DNA of 62,931 nucleotides, counting the filler, from Octopus bimaculoides (taxonomy: Eukaryota), in the NCBI RefSeq assembly GCF_001194135.2. It is 6 parts of 5 records of this genome, joined end to end, with 100 filler letters (N's around TTAATTAATTAA, not from the genome) between each part and the next. Parts side by side here need not be neighbours in the genome. Positions count along the whole stretch, not along the records: positions 61,140 to 62,931 come from NW_026369150.1; 5 more parts are not named here. One strand, 5' to 3'. Position 1 is the stretch's first letter, and each line of letters opens with the position of its first letter. Position numbers and translations under genes: made by a program. Under the pieces are notes generated by a model. The model had not been told where the DNA came from and ran no database searches. It saw only the letters and a list, made by a program, of their open reading frames with translations. This document shows, one piece after another, positions 62,561 through 62,931 of the stretch.

Positions 62561-62689
62561 TGTTCAGTCAACGGTCAATCATAGTAATGGCTGGTCGGAA
62601 GTTAGAAATTATACACAGGAGAGCTAAGGAAAGGGGGAGATAACAAAGGGATATATTGCAAACCGACAATCCCTGCGACATTCCATTTT

Positions 62690-62840
62690 GAATTTAAATG
62701 CTACCGAGTTCGATTTCGTCCTTCGTCATTCTTTCGGGGTCGATAAGATTAAGCAGCACAGAATCCATGTAGTAGGGGTTAGATTGCTCTCCAACTCCAT
62801 CCCCACCAAAATTACAGGCCCTGTGCCTATGGCAGAAACA
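62690..62840 (+). mobile_element. CORE-like SINE, decayed
   Basis: TTCTTTCGGGGTCGATAAGATTAAG..AAAATTACAGGCCCTGTGCCTAT. Confidence 0.65.
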
Positions 62841-62890
62841 ATGTGTGTGTGTGTGTATGCATGCGTTTGGCTATGCATATGATGCACATG

Positions 62891-62931
<41 letters not shown>

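Overview
AT-rich, microsatellite-dense, gap-ridden eukaryotic DNA. The SINE families and repeat landscape point to an octopus draft assembly (inference; no search was run). There is no intact protein-coding gene, no rRNA/tRNA gene and no CRISPR array, and most long ORFs in the track are microsatellite or N-gap artefacts. The window is a graveyard of nested transposable elements: Penelope-like elements (PLEs) of two architectures, two Ty3/Gypsy relics, R4/Dong, RTE, CR1 and Tx1 LINE fragments, mariner/Tc1 relics, a Helitron and several tRNA-derived SINEs. The strongest signal not explained by the ORF track is a set of at least ten type I hammerhead-ribozyme (HHR) motifs or relics from several repeat families. 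One at 21025-21081 (minus strand) has a complete core. Several sit in back-to-back inverted repeats, one family carries a non-canonical CUGUNGA core in all three copies, and one lies behind a tRNA-like B-box plus (AAT)n. Other notable structures are a tandem R4/Dong pair in (TAA)n with a twin-priming-like inversion, a Helitron spanning a Tx1 fragment, and a candidate Cys-rich terminal exon at 61304-61441 (minus). All translations and folds were done by eye, and relic boundaries are approximate unless stated as exact.
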